DNA of 63,870 nucleotides, the filler included, from Porpidia crustulata (lineage: Eukaryota), in NCBI GenBank assembly GCA_964255105.1. It is 12 parts of 12 records of this genome, joined end to end, with 100 filler letters (N's around TTAATTAATTAA, not from the genome) between each part and the next. Parts side by side here need not be neighbours in the genome. Positions count along the whole stretch, not along the records: positions 32,080 to 37,311 come from CAXUWE010001876.1; positions 37,412 to 42,633 come from CAXUWE010001877.1; positions 42,734 to 47,949 come from CAXUWE010001878.1; positions 48,050 to 53,259 come from CAXUWE010001879.1; 8 more parts are not named here. One strand, given 5' to 3'. Position numbers and translations under genes: made by a program. Under the pieces are notes generated by a model. The model did no database searches, was not told the DNA's origin, and was given only the letters and a program-made list of their open reading frames with translations. Shown here piece after piece: positions 36,922 to 49,853 of this stretch. How positions within the stretch are numbered: position 1 is the stretch's first letter; each line of letters opens with the position of its first letter.

Positions 36922-38240
36922 CGTCCAGAGCATGCAGATGATGCGGTATGAAAGTTCTTGGGTTCGTTCGGCTGAGATGATTTAGGCATTGTACGGGGTA
37001 TTGGTAACGATTCTTGGTCGAGGTGTCCTTGATTTGGGTATCATGCCCAAAGAGAACTTAGGTCCGGATAGGCCCGGAAGAGAAAGGCCGATACACATAA
37101 TACCGACGCCAAGCCTTGTTGGTAACATCCGGGGGAAAAGCCGATGACACTCTGACTAGGACGTTTCGAGCCATCATCCATACGGCTTCTTCTGTATTGC
37201 TGCTTGAAACAAACTTGAAGTCTTCCCTCGTCGGTGTAGGAGTTCCAAGTTCATGTATGCGCTGCAGATCACGGACTTGCTTTCTAACGTTTGCGTCGTC
37301 CAGGCTGTTAGNNNNNNNNNNNNNNNNNNNNNNNNNNNNNNNNNNNNNNNNNNNNTTAATTAATTAANNNNNNNNNNNNNNNNNNNNNNNNNNNNNNNNN
37401 NNNNNNNNNNNATCATGGTATGGATGAGCGAAGCGGAGTCTGGCATACTATGGTACTACGTCTGCCCGCTTCCTGGCTATCAGGCTGCGACAGTCATAGA
37501 GAAAAGCGAATTTACGAAACAGCAATAACCCATACATTTATGCATGATTTCCATTCACTATGAGTCAGAAAGCTATATCTACGATCCCCCGCAGCCGTTG
37601 AAGGCCTCCGCCATTTCTCATCTACACCTTTTCCCCTTGGGGATTTAGAAGAAAAAGAGAGAAAGAACACCACTATACATCTTCTCTGCAAAGAAAGTAT
37701 CTATGCTCAAGCCGGCACGAACCCCCGCCCCCGGATCGCGCGCCCCAGTCCAAAAAAATAAAATGTTACGATCGTAATCTATCGTTCCAAAGGTCGTTGA
37801 AGACCCTCTAAAAACGCCGCCCCCCTTTTATGCTCCGGCCCGCTTTTTTTTCTCCCGTGGAATTCGTTGAGGAAAGTAATTTTCGGGGTTATGTGAGATG
37901 GGGTGAAAATATGCTGGTGTGTCATGGATGGGGAGATTCTGCGGCGTTGAAAGTTTTGGGGGGGATTATATGGAAAGTTGGGAATTTGTTGAATTTGTTG
38001 GGGTTGGATAAAAACGCCGGCGCTATGCTGATGATAGAGTTGACCGCTGTATATGTGTGTGTGTGCTTTGGGTATGTTGAATGTTGAATGGTGAGGGGGT
38101 TGAGATAGTTATCGGGTGGCGAAAGGGTGACATTGATGGTAGTTTAGGGGTGTCGGTGTAGTGGATATGGTAGGTATTTCGACTCTTAGGGGTTCGTTCC
38201 ATCCATCTATTGATGTTTCGGACATGCTGTAGTTGCGTAT

Positions 38241-40320
38241 CTACTGGTTGACCTCGCTTTTGATCGCTTCATTGACCTCATAAAAGCCATTCATCGCTTC
38301 ATCGACTTTGTAAGAGCCATTCAGTCCATTCGTACCGTTAACATGGACGCCGTTGATCGCCGGCTCCGTGACAGCCGCCGGATAGTCCATGTTCTCAACC
38401 TCGAGGCCGTCGAAGAGCTTGAAGACGCCGTGGGTGTCGTGAAAGTCGTTGTGGACAATATTTATCAGGTACCAGTTCTCCACGATCCCATCAATGAGCT
38501 GCCGGCTCGGACTCAGCGCCGAATGGCACTTAGCCCAATCGGATCCCAGCTTGAATGCCTCATCCTTCCAGGCGAGGAAACTGATGGTTTCAACAATGGT
38601 TGGCTGGACAATCTCTTTACCGGGGAAGACACCCCATGTCACGGCATTGGGACCTTCGGTAGGGGCGTTGGTTCTGAGATCGCCGTCTTTGTTGACAGCA
38701 TGAAATGTGATGTGCTGGTCCTTGGCAATGCGAGCGATGAGTTCTGTGATGAGATGAGGAGGTATAAGTAACTCGAGGTAAGCTTTTTGGTAGACGTATC
38801 CGCCTTGAGGTCCCCAGCCGTGGACTGGGTGGGTGGATTTAACGCCGTTCACGGCAGGTTGGGAAGTTATGGTCAATAGACCTCTCTCGTTCAGGGCAAT
38901 GAGTTGGGGTTTGATAGAATCGGCCTCGCTGGTGATAGGAGATTCGCTCCACGGCAAGCTCAGAAGCTCTTTTTTAAGGAAGCGGATCAAGATATTGGCC
39001 ATGTCTCGCAGCGTCTTGGGGGATCCCCAAGTCTTGATATTCTGCTCGTTAGTGCCTTTCAACCCAATGCCGTAGGCGTCTAATTCGCCGAAAGCGGGTG
39101 ACCGAGAGTCGCCCCAGCGACCATTCGGAAACTCGTCCCAGTCTTGGGTACGAGCGATGTATGACTTATTGCGGTTCTTCCAGAAAATAGGTCTCACGTC
39201 TTCGTCTCTACGATTGAGTCCCAACGACTGCCTCCATGGTAGGGGTTTGGCGCTTGGAGTACCGTCTTTGGGTATGAGTTCCAATTCTTCAAGTACCATC
39301 TTGGTGGCTTGTGCGAGGTTCATTGTGTAACTGCGCAAAATTGTGAGATGAGAAAAGGAAATGCTCAAAGATAGCAATCTTACAAATGCATATGATACAT
39401 GCCTGCAGCGATGATTTTCTGGCACATTTCAGCCACCAGTCCTTTTCCTACTTCTCGTACTTGAGCATCATCATTCTTTACAGGTTCCAGAGCATCTATC
39501 CACTTCTGAGGGAGTTTGCAATTCAACCGACTGGCTCGTCTAAAGAAAGCCGCGTGCGTTTGTATGGGCATAATTCCTGGAACGATGGGCACCTTGATGC
39601 CTCGAGCGCGGCATTTTCCCGCCCAGTCTAGGAAATTGTCAACGTCGTAAAACATCTGAGTCACAATGAATGTTCCACCAGCATCGACTTTCTCTTTCAG
39701 ATGGTCCATGAGTATTGCCGGGTCCTGTTCATCGTCGCAGCCTTCAGGATAGCCTGCAACACCTATATCGAAATGATCACCATATCTCTCCTTGATGTAT
39801 TTGATGAGATCCTTGGCATAGCGGAAGCCTCCCTCTACGGCCTGCCATTTTTCCTTTTCTCTTGGGGGATCCCCGCGGAGAGCCAAGATATTACTACAAC
39901 CCGCTTTATAAGCCTCCTTTAAGGCGTTATCGACTTTCTCAATTTCCATATCAGTGCAAGTAAGATGCATGCACGTTTCCAGCCCGTAGGTCGTTTGAGC
40001 AAAATGAACCATCTCGCACGTAAGTTGTGATAAACTGCCACCAGCGCCCCAAGTAATATCAACGAAGGCAGGTCCTAGACCATGCATTCGATCCATTCCT
40101 GTGTCATATTAGCTGCGGTTCAAGGGTGGATCAATCTGGTATACGGGGGAAAGTACGATCATAAAGATTTTGGACTCCCTAAAGTAGCAGTCAGTGACGT
40201 TGTCCGTTAGCCTACACCGGCGGCGTGACTAACCTGCGCCGTTTTGGGAGGAAAGAACTCGAATGAGAATGTCGGCGTCCCCTTCTCCGCCGCACTCCCA
40301 AGCTTTTGACTGATATGCAT
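38241..40320 (-). CDS. MET13: Methylenetetrahydrofolate reductase; exons 40320-40234, 40178-40157, 40098-39384, 39330-38241
   Basis: [99 protein letters not shown]. Confidence 0.96.
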
Positions 40321-41169
40321 CGTGTTGACCGGCGGAATCGCTGGATCTCTGTCGTGTGCTATGTTAGTCATATGTACTTGTTTTGTTCTCGCAAACAGAG
40401 GTATAATGTGTCTGCCACAGTAGCATCGCTGTCACGACTGTAACCATCTCGCAATAGCGAGCAAGCAAACATTGATTTGGTTCCGACTCACCACAGATTT
40501 CGAGCCGGTAGACTTAACAATCGTAGCCTCAACTTGCAGCCAAGCTCACTACCCAAAGTATCGTTTGCGAGCCCACCTATCCACCTGCTTTCGCGACATG
40601 CACCACAGGGTTTGATGGCTGTTCTTTGGTATTCTTCGGTAACGATAGAGCGAAGGCCTTGGAAGCGGCTTCGGCGTTGTCGGTGTATCTTTTCGGGGAG
40701 TAAAATACAGTTAAGGATATCAGGCACTGTCCAATGGAATAACAAAGAAAAACATAGTGAGACGCCTAGTTGCAGGAATTGAATGCGATGGACTCCGACT
40801 TGCCCGTTGAACGACAATACTAATCAATACATACCCTTACCGTATTGGTATATTATACAAAAAAATGATGAGGTCAGCCACGAAGCGTCACTCCTTATCG
40901 GCGTTGATCACATTATGGAAGGTCCAAGCGATCTGCCCCGCCTCCTTTTTCCGTTATTCCGCACCTCTGCTAAACCCCCACAGTCAAACGACTATAGCGT
41001 CACAACGATGGCGATGATAATGGCTCCAGACTCCAATAGTTTCTGACCTATGCGGAATTGCTGGAGCAAAGCACAATCTAGAGTACCTTCAAGGTCTTCA
41101 AGGGGCGTCTCTGCACATAGACTACAACATAGACTACCATCGAATCCACCTCGATTGAAAACCCTCAGT

Positions 41170-41801
41170 ATGCAAGCCCAACATCCCAACGCTTCCCCGC
41201 AACGTATGTCCCGAGAGCAGCTTGCATCGATCCTGCTGTCCCCTGACGCCTCCAAAGTCGCCATCATCGATGTTCGCGGCGACGACCATGTTGGAGGACA
41301 CATCCACAGCTCCACCAATGTGCCGTCTACATCTCTAGACTATCGGATCCCGCAGCTTGTTCGGACACTGGCCGACAAAAGGGTCGTCGTCTTCCATTGC
41401 GCCTTGAGTCAAGAGCGGGGTCCTCGTGCAGCCCGGAGATACCTGGACGAGAAGAGACTGGATCAGGCGAAGAGAAAAGAGGTGGCAGATGAGGGTCGCC
41501 GGGAGGCCACAGTGCCCGTGATCGATCCGGATACCGGTGCAGGGAGCAAGGAAATGGGCGTCTTGAGCGCTGAGGATGTGGGATGTCCAGCAAAAGTTAC
41601 AGATCAGGAGGTTTACATACTCGATGGCGGATTCGTACAATGGCAGGAAAAGTACGCCGTGTCCTTGCAGTTGCTTGCCTTTCGTCCTCACCTTTACTTT
41701 GTGTACTGTAGCCCTGCCTGCTGACAGAGGACTCTAGGTACGGGACAGACAAGAGATTGACGGACGCGTATGCAGCGGACCTATGGAACGACTACTACTG
41801 A
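41170..41801 (+). CDS. Rhodanese-fold Cdc25-like phosphatase / arsenate reductase (Ych1/Ibp1/Acr2 family); intron 41652-41737; alternative start 41050
   Basis: IIDVRGDDHVGGHI, active loop VFHCALSQERGPRAA, VYILDGGFVQWQEKYG..LT. Confidence 0.88.
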
Positions 41802-42733
41802 AGCTTTTGTGGCGGAATACCGTGTGCAATCACACTGGACCTGGTTGATCACGTGGCTCGAAGCCGCGCAATTGTAGAAAGATCTACGGGCAGATATATG
41901 ATGGGTAAATTGAGATTACGAATGGATGATGTGTCAACTACATCAATAAATGACAGGCGCTACGGCAAGCCTCTGGAGTATCTCAAGAGACAAGCATCCA
42001 CTAATCGCAGTGGTCAAGCCCTGGGCGCTGGAGAAGCTTCAGTGACGCCCGCACGGCCGAGATCCAATCTCATAAACTCGGTCTTTGGGCATATCAACCA
42101 TATAACGAAAACGCCAGACTGAGCCCAAGATCTCGCCAGCTAGTCACCGGTAAGCCGTTATAGAAGACGTACTGGTAGATCGCGCGGAAACCAATCCCCA
42201 CGGTGATCCGGGATCAAATTGCATTTCTGTTGATATCGAAGCTTTGACTGTCGGACTCCTCATTAGAAACCCAATAGGCACATGGCAAAAGCTAGCCATA
42301 AGTAATCAAACATGTACACAATGACCCTGCAAGTATGAGAATATCAATGCATCCTGAGACATCCATGGTGATTCGTGAATTCGCGCTCACCCTCAAGCTT
42401 CAGATCCGACCTTCGGACCCGACAATCTCCATCCCCTCAAGGAACCGCCATCCCCCTCTCTGAATTCACCTTCCTAAAATCCCCTCGCAATAAAAAAGCC
42501 CCAATACCCCTAACACCTCCCAAATCCCTCCCCTCATAATCCCCGGACCCATCCCAGCTATCTAAAACCCACAACTCCAGTAACCCCAACCCCAACCCCC
42601 ACAAAAAAGCAAACAAAAATACATATCCTAACCNNNNNNNNNNNNNNNNNNNNNNNNNNNNNNNNNNNNNNNNNNNNTTAATTAATTAANNNNNNNNNNN
42701 NNNNNNNNNNNNNNNNNNNNNNNNNNNNNNNNN

Positions 42734-45688
42734 ACCCTCCACCTTGCGCCTCCATTTCTCCTCTTCCGCACGCTGTCTTCTAATAAATTCTGGACCAACG
42801 TCAAACTCCTCACCAACGAGCCATTCCTCATCCGCCAGTCCCTTCGGCGCGCCTGAGGATGGTTCGTTCTTTTGACTGGATTTGAGGCCTGGCAGGGCTT
42901 TCTTGGTGTCATCCAGGTCGTCGAGGCCAGCAAAAGGGTCTTCCTCCTCTTCGATGGCGTCGGGTGACATAGGATTCGAGCTTGTGCCAGAAGGCTGGTA
43001 ATGGCCGTGTGCTGGGGCCATCTTCAACCAGCACATGCGTTGGGGGTCAAATACCATTCCACCAACAACTTGCACCCCCTTGGTAACCCCCACGCTTGCG
43101 ATTAATGCTGGTGCTGCCTTCATACCACTTTGTCCTGTTATGGTCTTGGGCGAATGTGGTGCTGGCATAGGCGCGTCGAAAGGCGCAAGAGCATTCTCGT
43201 TTCCCTCCCAACGGAATAAGGTAGGGTTCCATTGCATGCCTTTCAAAGTCTTTGGGTTGTTGACACCCTCACCGAGGGGTTTGATGAGTTTCGGTTTCTG
43301 TGGCGGCACTTTGCCGCGCTTCGTTCTCTGTAAGCTAGGTGAAGAAAGACCTCGAGCTGCGACCTGAGCTTTCCAATTGGTGCTTAATGGCGCGAGCGGG
43401 CCACTTTCTCGGATTGCTGGAAGACTTGTAGTACCGTGGAGGGCTGCGCCTACAGAGCCAATGCGTTGCGCGCGAGCTGAGCGAGAGGCGTTGGTGTCGC
43501 GCGCGAAACTTGGAGTATGATCGGTCTTTGTAGGACTTAGGGGAGTAGATATTTTCGGGGGTGGCTGTTTGACGCTGCTAGCTGCAGGCTGGTGTACCTG
43601 AAGTCCAAGCTTGCTACGCAACTGCACAGACTTCGGTGCGCCATGAGCGATAGGTTGTCTCACGAATTTAGATTCCGTAGACGCAGAAGTTGGGAGATCG
43701 TCGAAAGCTTCAAGCTCTGTGCCATCGCCAAACGCCCGGCGGCGCGTTGGTTTGGTGAGCGTGCGTTTCGAAGCAGCTTCTCGAGTCAAAGCTTCTGGGG
43801 CCACATCCCGGCGAGAAACAGGTGTCGTAGGTCGATGATGGGTATTTGAGAGGCGAGATATTGGTCGATTGACAGGAGCATTCTCGTTCGAGTCGGATGA
43901 GCCGGGTCTATAATAGTTCCTTGAAGATTTGATGCTAATGTGGTGAGATTGAGCATGAGAAGTACCTGCAGGAAGAAAAGGGACCGGTGGTTTCCGAGAA
44001 TTGCCGAGACTGGATTCAGCTCGGTCGACTGGTGTCTTAGGTCGAGCAGGGAGCCCTTGACGACTGGTGTAGTCTCCGCCTCGAGAAATAGGGCGCTGAT
44101 AGGAGGGTTGATTTCGGGCTGGTGATGGCTGGCTTCCAATCACAGGCATCGAGCGTTTGGCTCTCAAGTACTGCGCCGGGTTTGTCGTTGGTTCTGATTT
44201 CAAAGTCTCCCTAGACGTTGCGCTCGTGAGACCACGGCGGCTCGGCGTAGATGGCGCCATGATGCGTGAAGAGGAAGGCGTAGAGGGTGTTGGGATATTC
44301 GAAATCGAAGACTGCGCTGAATGACCTCCCATTCGGGACTGAGGCCTATGATATTTGGGAACAGGACCGCCACTTTCCGACACAGACTCCAGGGTAGAAC
44401 GGGCTCGCTCATGGGTCTGAGGCTTCGGTATCCGCGTTGTACCACCCTGTAGCTTGTTTGTGAAAGTTAGTGACGTCGCTGGACGTCTCGTTGGGCTTGT
44501 TGGTTTTCCAGCTTTGTGTTTGATATTTCGGTTCAGCGTGAGCTTCCCAGAATCGAAGACATCTCCGTCACCAATTTCAATACCAGCAAAGAAGTCTTCT
44601 TTTACTGCTGAAGCCTGTTCAATGGCTTTCTCCTTGAGATGGTCTTCATGGACCGGCGATGTGTCCTCGAGCCGCTTCTTGAGCACTTCATCGAACTTGA
44701 GAGGGCCATCCGGAAGGACTAAACCGTCCAAGCCTTCATCTTCACTCTCAGCAGTCAAACAGCTAGAAGTGCTAGGACTGAACGCTGATATTGAAGAGCT
44801 AGGATTTGATCTTCCGTCTCGCCGAGTGCCACCAAAACGGGTGCCAAGGCTACCCTCGGCCCATTCCATGTCAAAATCGTCGTGCAGTTGCGAGGCTGGT
44901 GTTCTAGGAACTTCCTTCCGGGTCGATAGCTTCAAGGGCTCCCCATCCGCAGGAAACTCCAAGTCATCTTCCATATTATCTGTAGCCTTGGTATCCGTGG
45001 CTGGTGGAGGGGCGAAGTTGATTGGTTTTTGGGGCAATCGGTTCTTTGCAATCTTGATGGTGGGAACATCGCCAAAGAAATCGTCATCTTCATCATTGCG
45101 AAACTTGTCGAGCGAGAGGATCTCAGGTTTCAGCGTTCTAGCAGACTCCATGCGTTCCATGAACGTCATGCCTGTCTTGGGCTTGGCTGGACTAGGTGAC
45201 GTGTCAAAACCAGCACTGAACTGGCGCAATGACTCTGGAAACTCGCTGTCTGATTTCTTCTTCAACTTCAGGCCACCATCTTCTGCTTTTTGAAGGTCCA
45301 AATCTTCGCTCCAGTCGTCCCCTAGAACCTTTTTGAGTTTCCGACCCCCTAGCCTTTTAATGGTACCACCCATAAGCGCTGAGGCTGGCACATTCGTAGG
45401 AATTGGGATACCGGCAGTCTTCGCAGACGTGATGGCCTTGGTTGTCGAGCTCTCATCGTCGGTTGGGAGCAACACCTGCCAGTCCTCATCCCCACCGCCA
45501 AAGGAATCCCTATCCGATCTTATTGACATGCGCGACGAGATTGAGTCCCTATGGTGTGAGGTAGCTGCTGTCGTTCTGGACACGTTACGGAACTGGAGGT
45601 CGTCAATGCCTTGGAGGTCTCCATCGTCATCCCAGCACTCAATATCATCCTCGACAGGTTGCCGAGCTTTCAAAATTAGTGGCTCCAT
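42734..45688 (-). CDS. byr4: Byr4/Bfa1-like septation-initiation/mitotic-exit inhibitor; 3' end truncated
   Basis: IECWDDDGDL start, FGDGTELEAFDDLP, MQWNPTLFRWEGNE, VGGMVFDPQRMCWLK, EEFDVGPEF. Confidence 0.85.
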
Positions 45689-46163
45689 ATTAGATGTTGC
45701 TGATGTGAAGAATGAAGTCTGTGATCTCTTGAAGATATCTACAGCAGCGCTATCCTCACTTTAGGCTCAGAGGTTGACCGTTTTGGAAAGTATGAGCGCG
45801 TTTCCGCAAAGATCGTCGAGAACTGAAGGTCGTAAGTCGTAATGGTTAGTACTAAGAGCTCATTTTGTGGGTTTAAAGAGGCTGAATCGGGTATTCATCC
45901 GGTTGTGCTGCGCATCGAATTCCTCGTCGATGTGTGTCGTTAGATAGATAGAGCACGGAGATCCCTCGAAAGACTGCTAGATAACAACTTCCTAACCCTG
46001 CAAGAGAGTAGGAGCTGCAGCAATTAGTTACGTGCAAGAGCTATTAGATATGAAAAAGATTGTCGTGGTTGATGGGCGAACGTCAATTGACTTGGTGTTG
46101 AGGTTGAGGAGGTTGGAGCGCTAGTCTGGAAATGATACTAGCGTAGTCTGCAGCTCCAGGCCA

Positions 46164-46200
46164 ACGCGAACAGGCCCAGAGGCCTCAAGCTAAAACGCGT
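46164..46200. promoter_or_regulatory. Candidate MCB-like elements (ACGCGAA 46164-46170, ACGCGT 46195-46200) in the divergent byr4/XRCC4-like intergenic region
   Basis: Consensus matches ~160-200 nt upstream of a DNA-repair gene. Short motifs, so chance occurrence is possible. Confidence 0.35.
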
Positions 46201-46361
46201 CACCCTGAAAGTATCCTTGACCCCGCTAAAATCTTTCCCTAGCTGACCTCCAGGCAACTATTAGGTGCCAGTGTTGCTTGAAAACCATGGCTAATTGCTA
46301 GCAATTGCACTGTACATCTTGCTCTTGATATCATCAACGGTAGTCGCTTGCAGCTCAAAGA

Positions 46362-47593
46362 ATGACCCAGGAGCACATCCTCCGTATTCCTTGCAGCGGC
46401 AGTGACGGGGATTTCGTCCTCGTCAAGGTCTCTTCAAATGGCCCCTCACCACTGGATTTGAAACTCCTTGCGACAGAAGGTACCAATCCATATGTCTGCA
46501 CAAGTGAGCCACACGCCAGTCTTTATCTCGCCAACGACTGACTAATTACCAGCATACAGTAAAGCAGTCTCGCATATCTAAACTTCGCGCAAAGAATAGC
46601 CTACTTCAAGACAGTCAATGGGAGACTATTCTATCGTCGATCCTTTTGCAACGCCCTTTAATAAGCGACTTTGCAAAGACAGAAGGCCTTGATAAGGTAG
46701 AAATCATTTCAGCCATCACCAGCGACCAAGTCAACCTCATCTTCCGGAGAAATATCTCAGGCATTACCCAGCGATTAGGTGAAATCGCTCTCGCCGAAGA
46801 CGACGATGTAGAAATCGATCCGATCGCCTGGGCAGGGATTGCAGTGTCACGGGTCACAGAACTCCAGCAAGAAACAGAAGGCCTGCAGGCCAGACACGTA
46901 GAGCGAGGCAGAATACTCCAAAAATTAGAAAAACAGCTTGACGACCTCGTTGGGGCCAAGAAGAAGCATGAAGAATTGTTACTGGAAAAATTCCGTGAAT
47001 TGCTCAATGCCAAGAAACTGAAAATCAGAGACCAACAACGCCTCCTCGCCGGGGCAAAAGTCGACCCCAAAACAGCAGCCCATATCCAACGAAATCGCCA
47101 TCCCATGGCCTCTCGTACTCCCGGCCCCTCCCGTCCATCCAAACGCAAGACATTTCTTTCCCCTTCTCGCTCCAATTCATCCTCCGACTTCGAAAACCCA
47201 CCCAAACAAGAACCCCCTTTATCCCCCGCACGAGCCACGCCGGAGCACTCCGATCTCGACGCGACTGCGGACGAGGACGAGGATTCCGTCAATGACTCTG
47301 ACGATTTCAATTCCGTACCTAAGCCTGCGCCCCAGGCACTAGAGGAGGGAAAGCTTGTGAACAGTGCCCATGATGACTGGAATGGCCGGAATAGTATGGA
47401 TAATGCGGATGATGAGAAGAAGGAGAAAGAGAGAGTGGTACCGCCGAGAAGGGAGTTGCCGTTCAAGAAAGTAGAAGCCAGTGAGGTGAAAGCGAAGTCA
47501 CATGGTGCCAAACCAGAAGCGACTGGTGCAGATGGATTAGGGCCAAGCGATGACGAGGTTGACGGGGATGAGACGAGTGACGATGAGTTATGA
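46362..47593 (+). CDS. XRCC4: XRCC4-like NHEJ protein; intron 46504-46559
   Basis: LDLKLLATEG..PY, RRNISGITQRLGEIAL, coiled coil ending EKFRELLNAKKLKIRDQQRLL, acidic tail ETSDDEL. Confidence 0.75.
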
Positions 47594-48049
47594 TATTTTT
47601 GGGGGGCTTTGGATACGTGGATTTTGGACCGGGTGATGCAAGTGTGTAGTAACGGCCGACGTTCAAAAGGGTTAAAAGGTTTTGGTTAATATCGCGACCG
47701 TGAGCAATGGTCCTAAATCATTTAATTGGAAAAGGAAGTAAAAGTCCTGGTTTGGTATCTGTTGTGAGGATGAAAGATGGATTAGATCTTTGACCTTTGA
47801 AAAATGGTCTCGAAAGTGACTGCACTTACTGAGATGCCAGCACACTAAGATGCTATATAATCAGATAGTCATACTTCCTTTCCATCTGTTGCTTTTTAAG
47901 ACCGAGGTTATTTACCACGCCGCTGCCGCTGTCATGGACCATCAAGAACNNNNNNNNNNNNNNNNNNNNNNNNNNNNNNNNNNNNNNNNNNNNTTAATTA
48001 ATTAANNNNNNNNNNNNNNNNNNNNNNNNNNNNNNNNNNNNNNNNNNNN

Positions 48050-49853
48050 GGTTCACCCACCCCGGCGTCCCCGCCCGATCCCTCAGTCTCGACCCGTACA
48101 CGTGCAGAGCTGCGATGACGGGTACGGTCGCGAAAAACGTGATAATACCCTGGGCGGCGAAGGTTAGGGTCCAGCCAGAGTGGGCTTGCCAAGGGGCGAT
48201 GAAGAACTTGCGGGTGCATTAGCGGCGAAGCCAGAAGAGGTAGATTTGGAGGTGAAGGAGTGTGAAAGGAGTTGGAGGCGACTTACAGGATTTATAAAGG
48301 CACTAAGATTGAGGAAAACGGAGTAGAACGTGATGACACTCATGGACTGCAAGGGATAGCTGTCGACGATGTAGGATGTGATGACTGTATTTCCCATTTG
48401 AATTCCAGCGGCAAATAGAGCAAATGCAATCTGGCCCACAATCCAGTGGTACGCTTTATCAATGCTGATGCCCCAGATGATGAGACCGATCGCGCTCAAC
48501 ATTGCCGCCGGGTACGCCAGCCATAATCTCATTTCGGGAATCCTGACGCCGTTGTTCTTTTTGGCGAGCTTTGTCACGATGAAATCGCTCAGCCGGCCGG
48601 AGAAGAAAATCTCGGAGAATAAGGTACCGATTAGTAGGCCGAGGAAGAGGAGCCCTTGGATCTGGGGCGAGTAATTAGGGTAGGCTAAGGGGAGCATGGT
48701 GATGACGGAGAGGATCCACCAGTACCAGGCGAAGCAGTAAATCAGGACACTGATGACGACGATAGGGTATTTAAAGGTGAGCAAGAAGCGTATGCACGAG
48801 GCCCAAGGGGCAGGGTGACGCATCCCGGGGACTGGTCTAAAATTCAAAAATATGAGGTTCTTGGTGCGTTTAAGGTCGGGTAGTGCATCGCCTGCGGGCT
48901 TTTCGATGTCTGTCGAGGGAGATGTATCGCTGATTCCAGGCATACGGGCAAGCATATGGTTTCGCGGGTAGAGAGTTTCGGGCATGAAAGCCACTTCAAG
49001 TATCAAGAGGAGTGCGAAGAGGAGGGCGGTGAGCCATTGGATCCAGGCAGAGCTGACGAGGTCCATGAAACCTCCTATGATTGGGCCGACGAGCAGACCC
49101 GCATCGATGGCTAGTACCCAAAGCCCTAGCTTTTGGCCTCGCTCGTACTCGAAGAATAAATCACCAACTACGGCCATCCCTACCGTAGCACCAGGGCTGA
49201 CGCCAAAGCCCTGGAAAAACCTTGCAGCCATGTATCCGCCATAGTTCTTGGCGACCGCTGCACCGATAGTGGAGACGAGGGCGATGGTTGTGCCAACGAT
49301 GAAGATGATACGACGGCCGTAGATGTCTGCAAAGGAGGACCAGAACAGGGGCCCAAATGCTAGGCCAAGGGCAGGGATGGCGACGGTCCAGTTGACTTGG
49401 GAGTAGGAGATGTTGAGATCGGTTTGGAGTTGTGCGAAAGAGGGAACAGTGGTGGTGGTTATGTACGTGAACATGAAATATCTAGGGACGCTGATGAGCT
49501 TGGGTCATCCTTCAAAGATGGATTAGACGCGACTGGCACATATAGAACAAGCGATGTGCGCATGAGAGTAATGGCACGATTCACCTCTTGATGCATTGAA
49601 ATTTGTAGCGCGTAACTTACAAGTACATAACAATAGCCAATATGGTATGCTTCCGGAAGCTCGTCCAATTCAAAGGATCCAATGGGTCCGTGGTAGGCTG
49701 CGGGTGTGATTGAACACCATCTTTGGAGACTCCCACATCATACGATCCACCACGGCCTTGATCCATCATGCCCTTTTCATCGTTGACGCCCAGTATTTCT
49801 TGGGCTTTGCTGTCGCTGGAAGGTGCGCCCTTCTCATTCGCGTATTCCGCCAT
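48050..49853 (-). CDS. MFS transporter (DHA1-like); introns ~49620-49482 and ~48287-48208; extreme 3' end truncated
   Basis: PQPTTDPLDPLNW, motif A FADIYGRRIIF, ARFFQGFG, PETLYPR, IPEMRLWL, about 12 hydrophobic segments. Confidence 0.92.
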
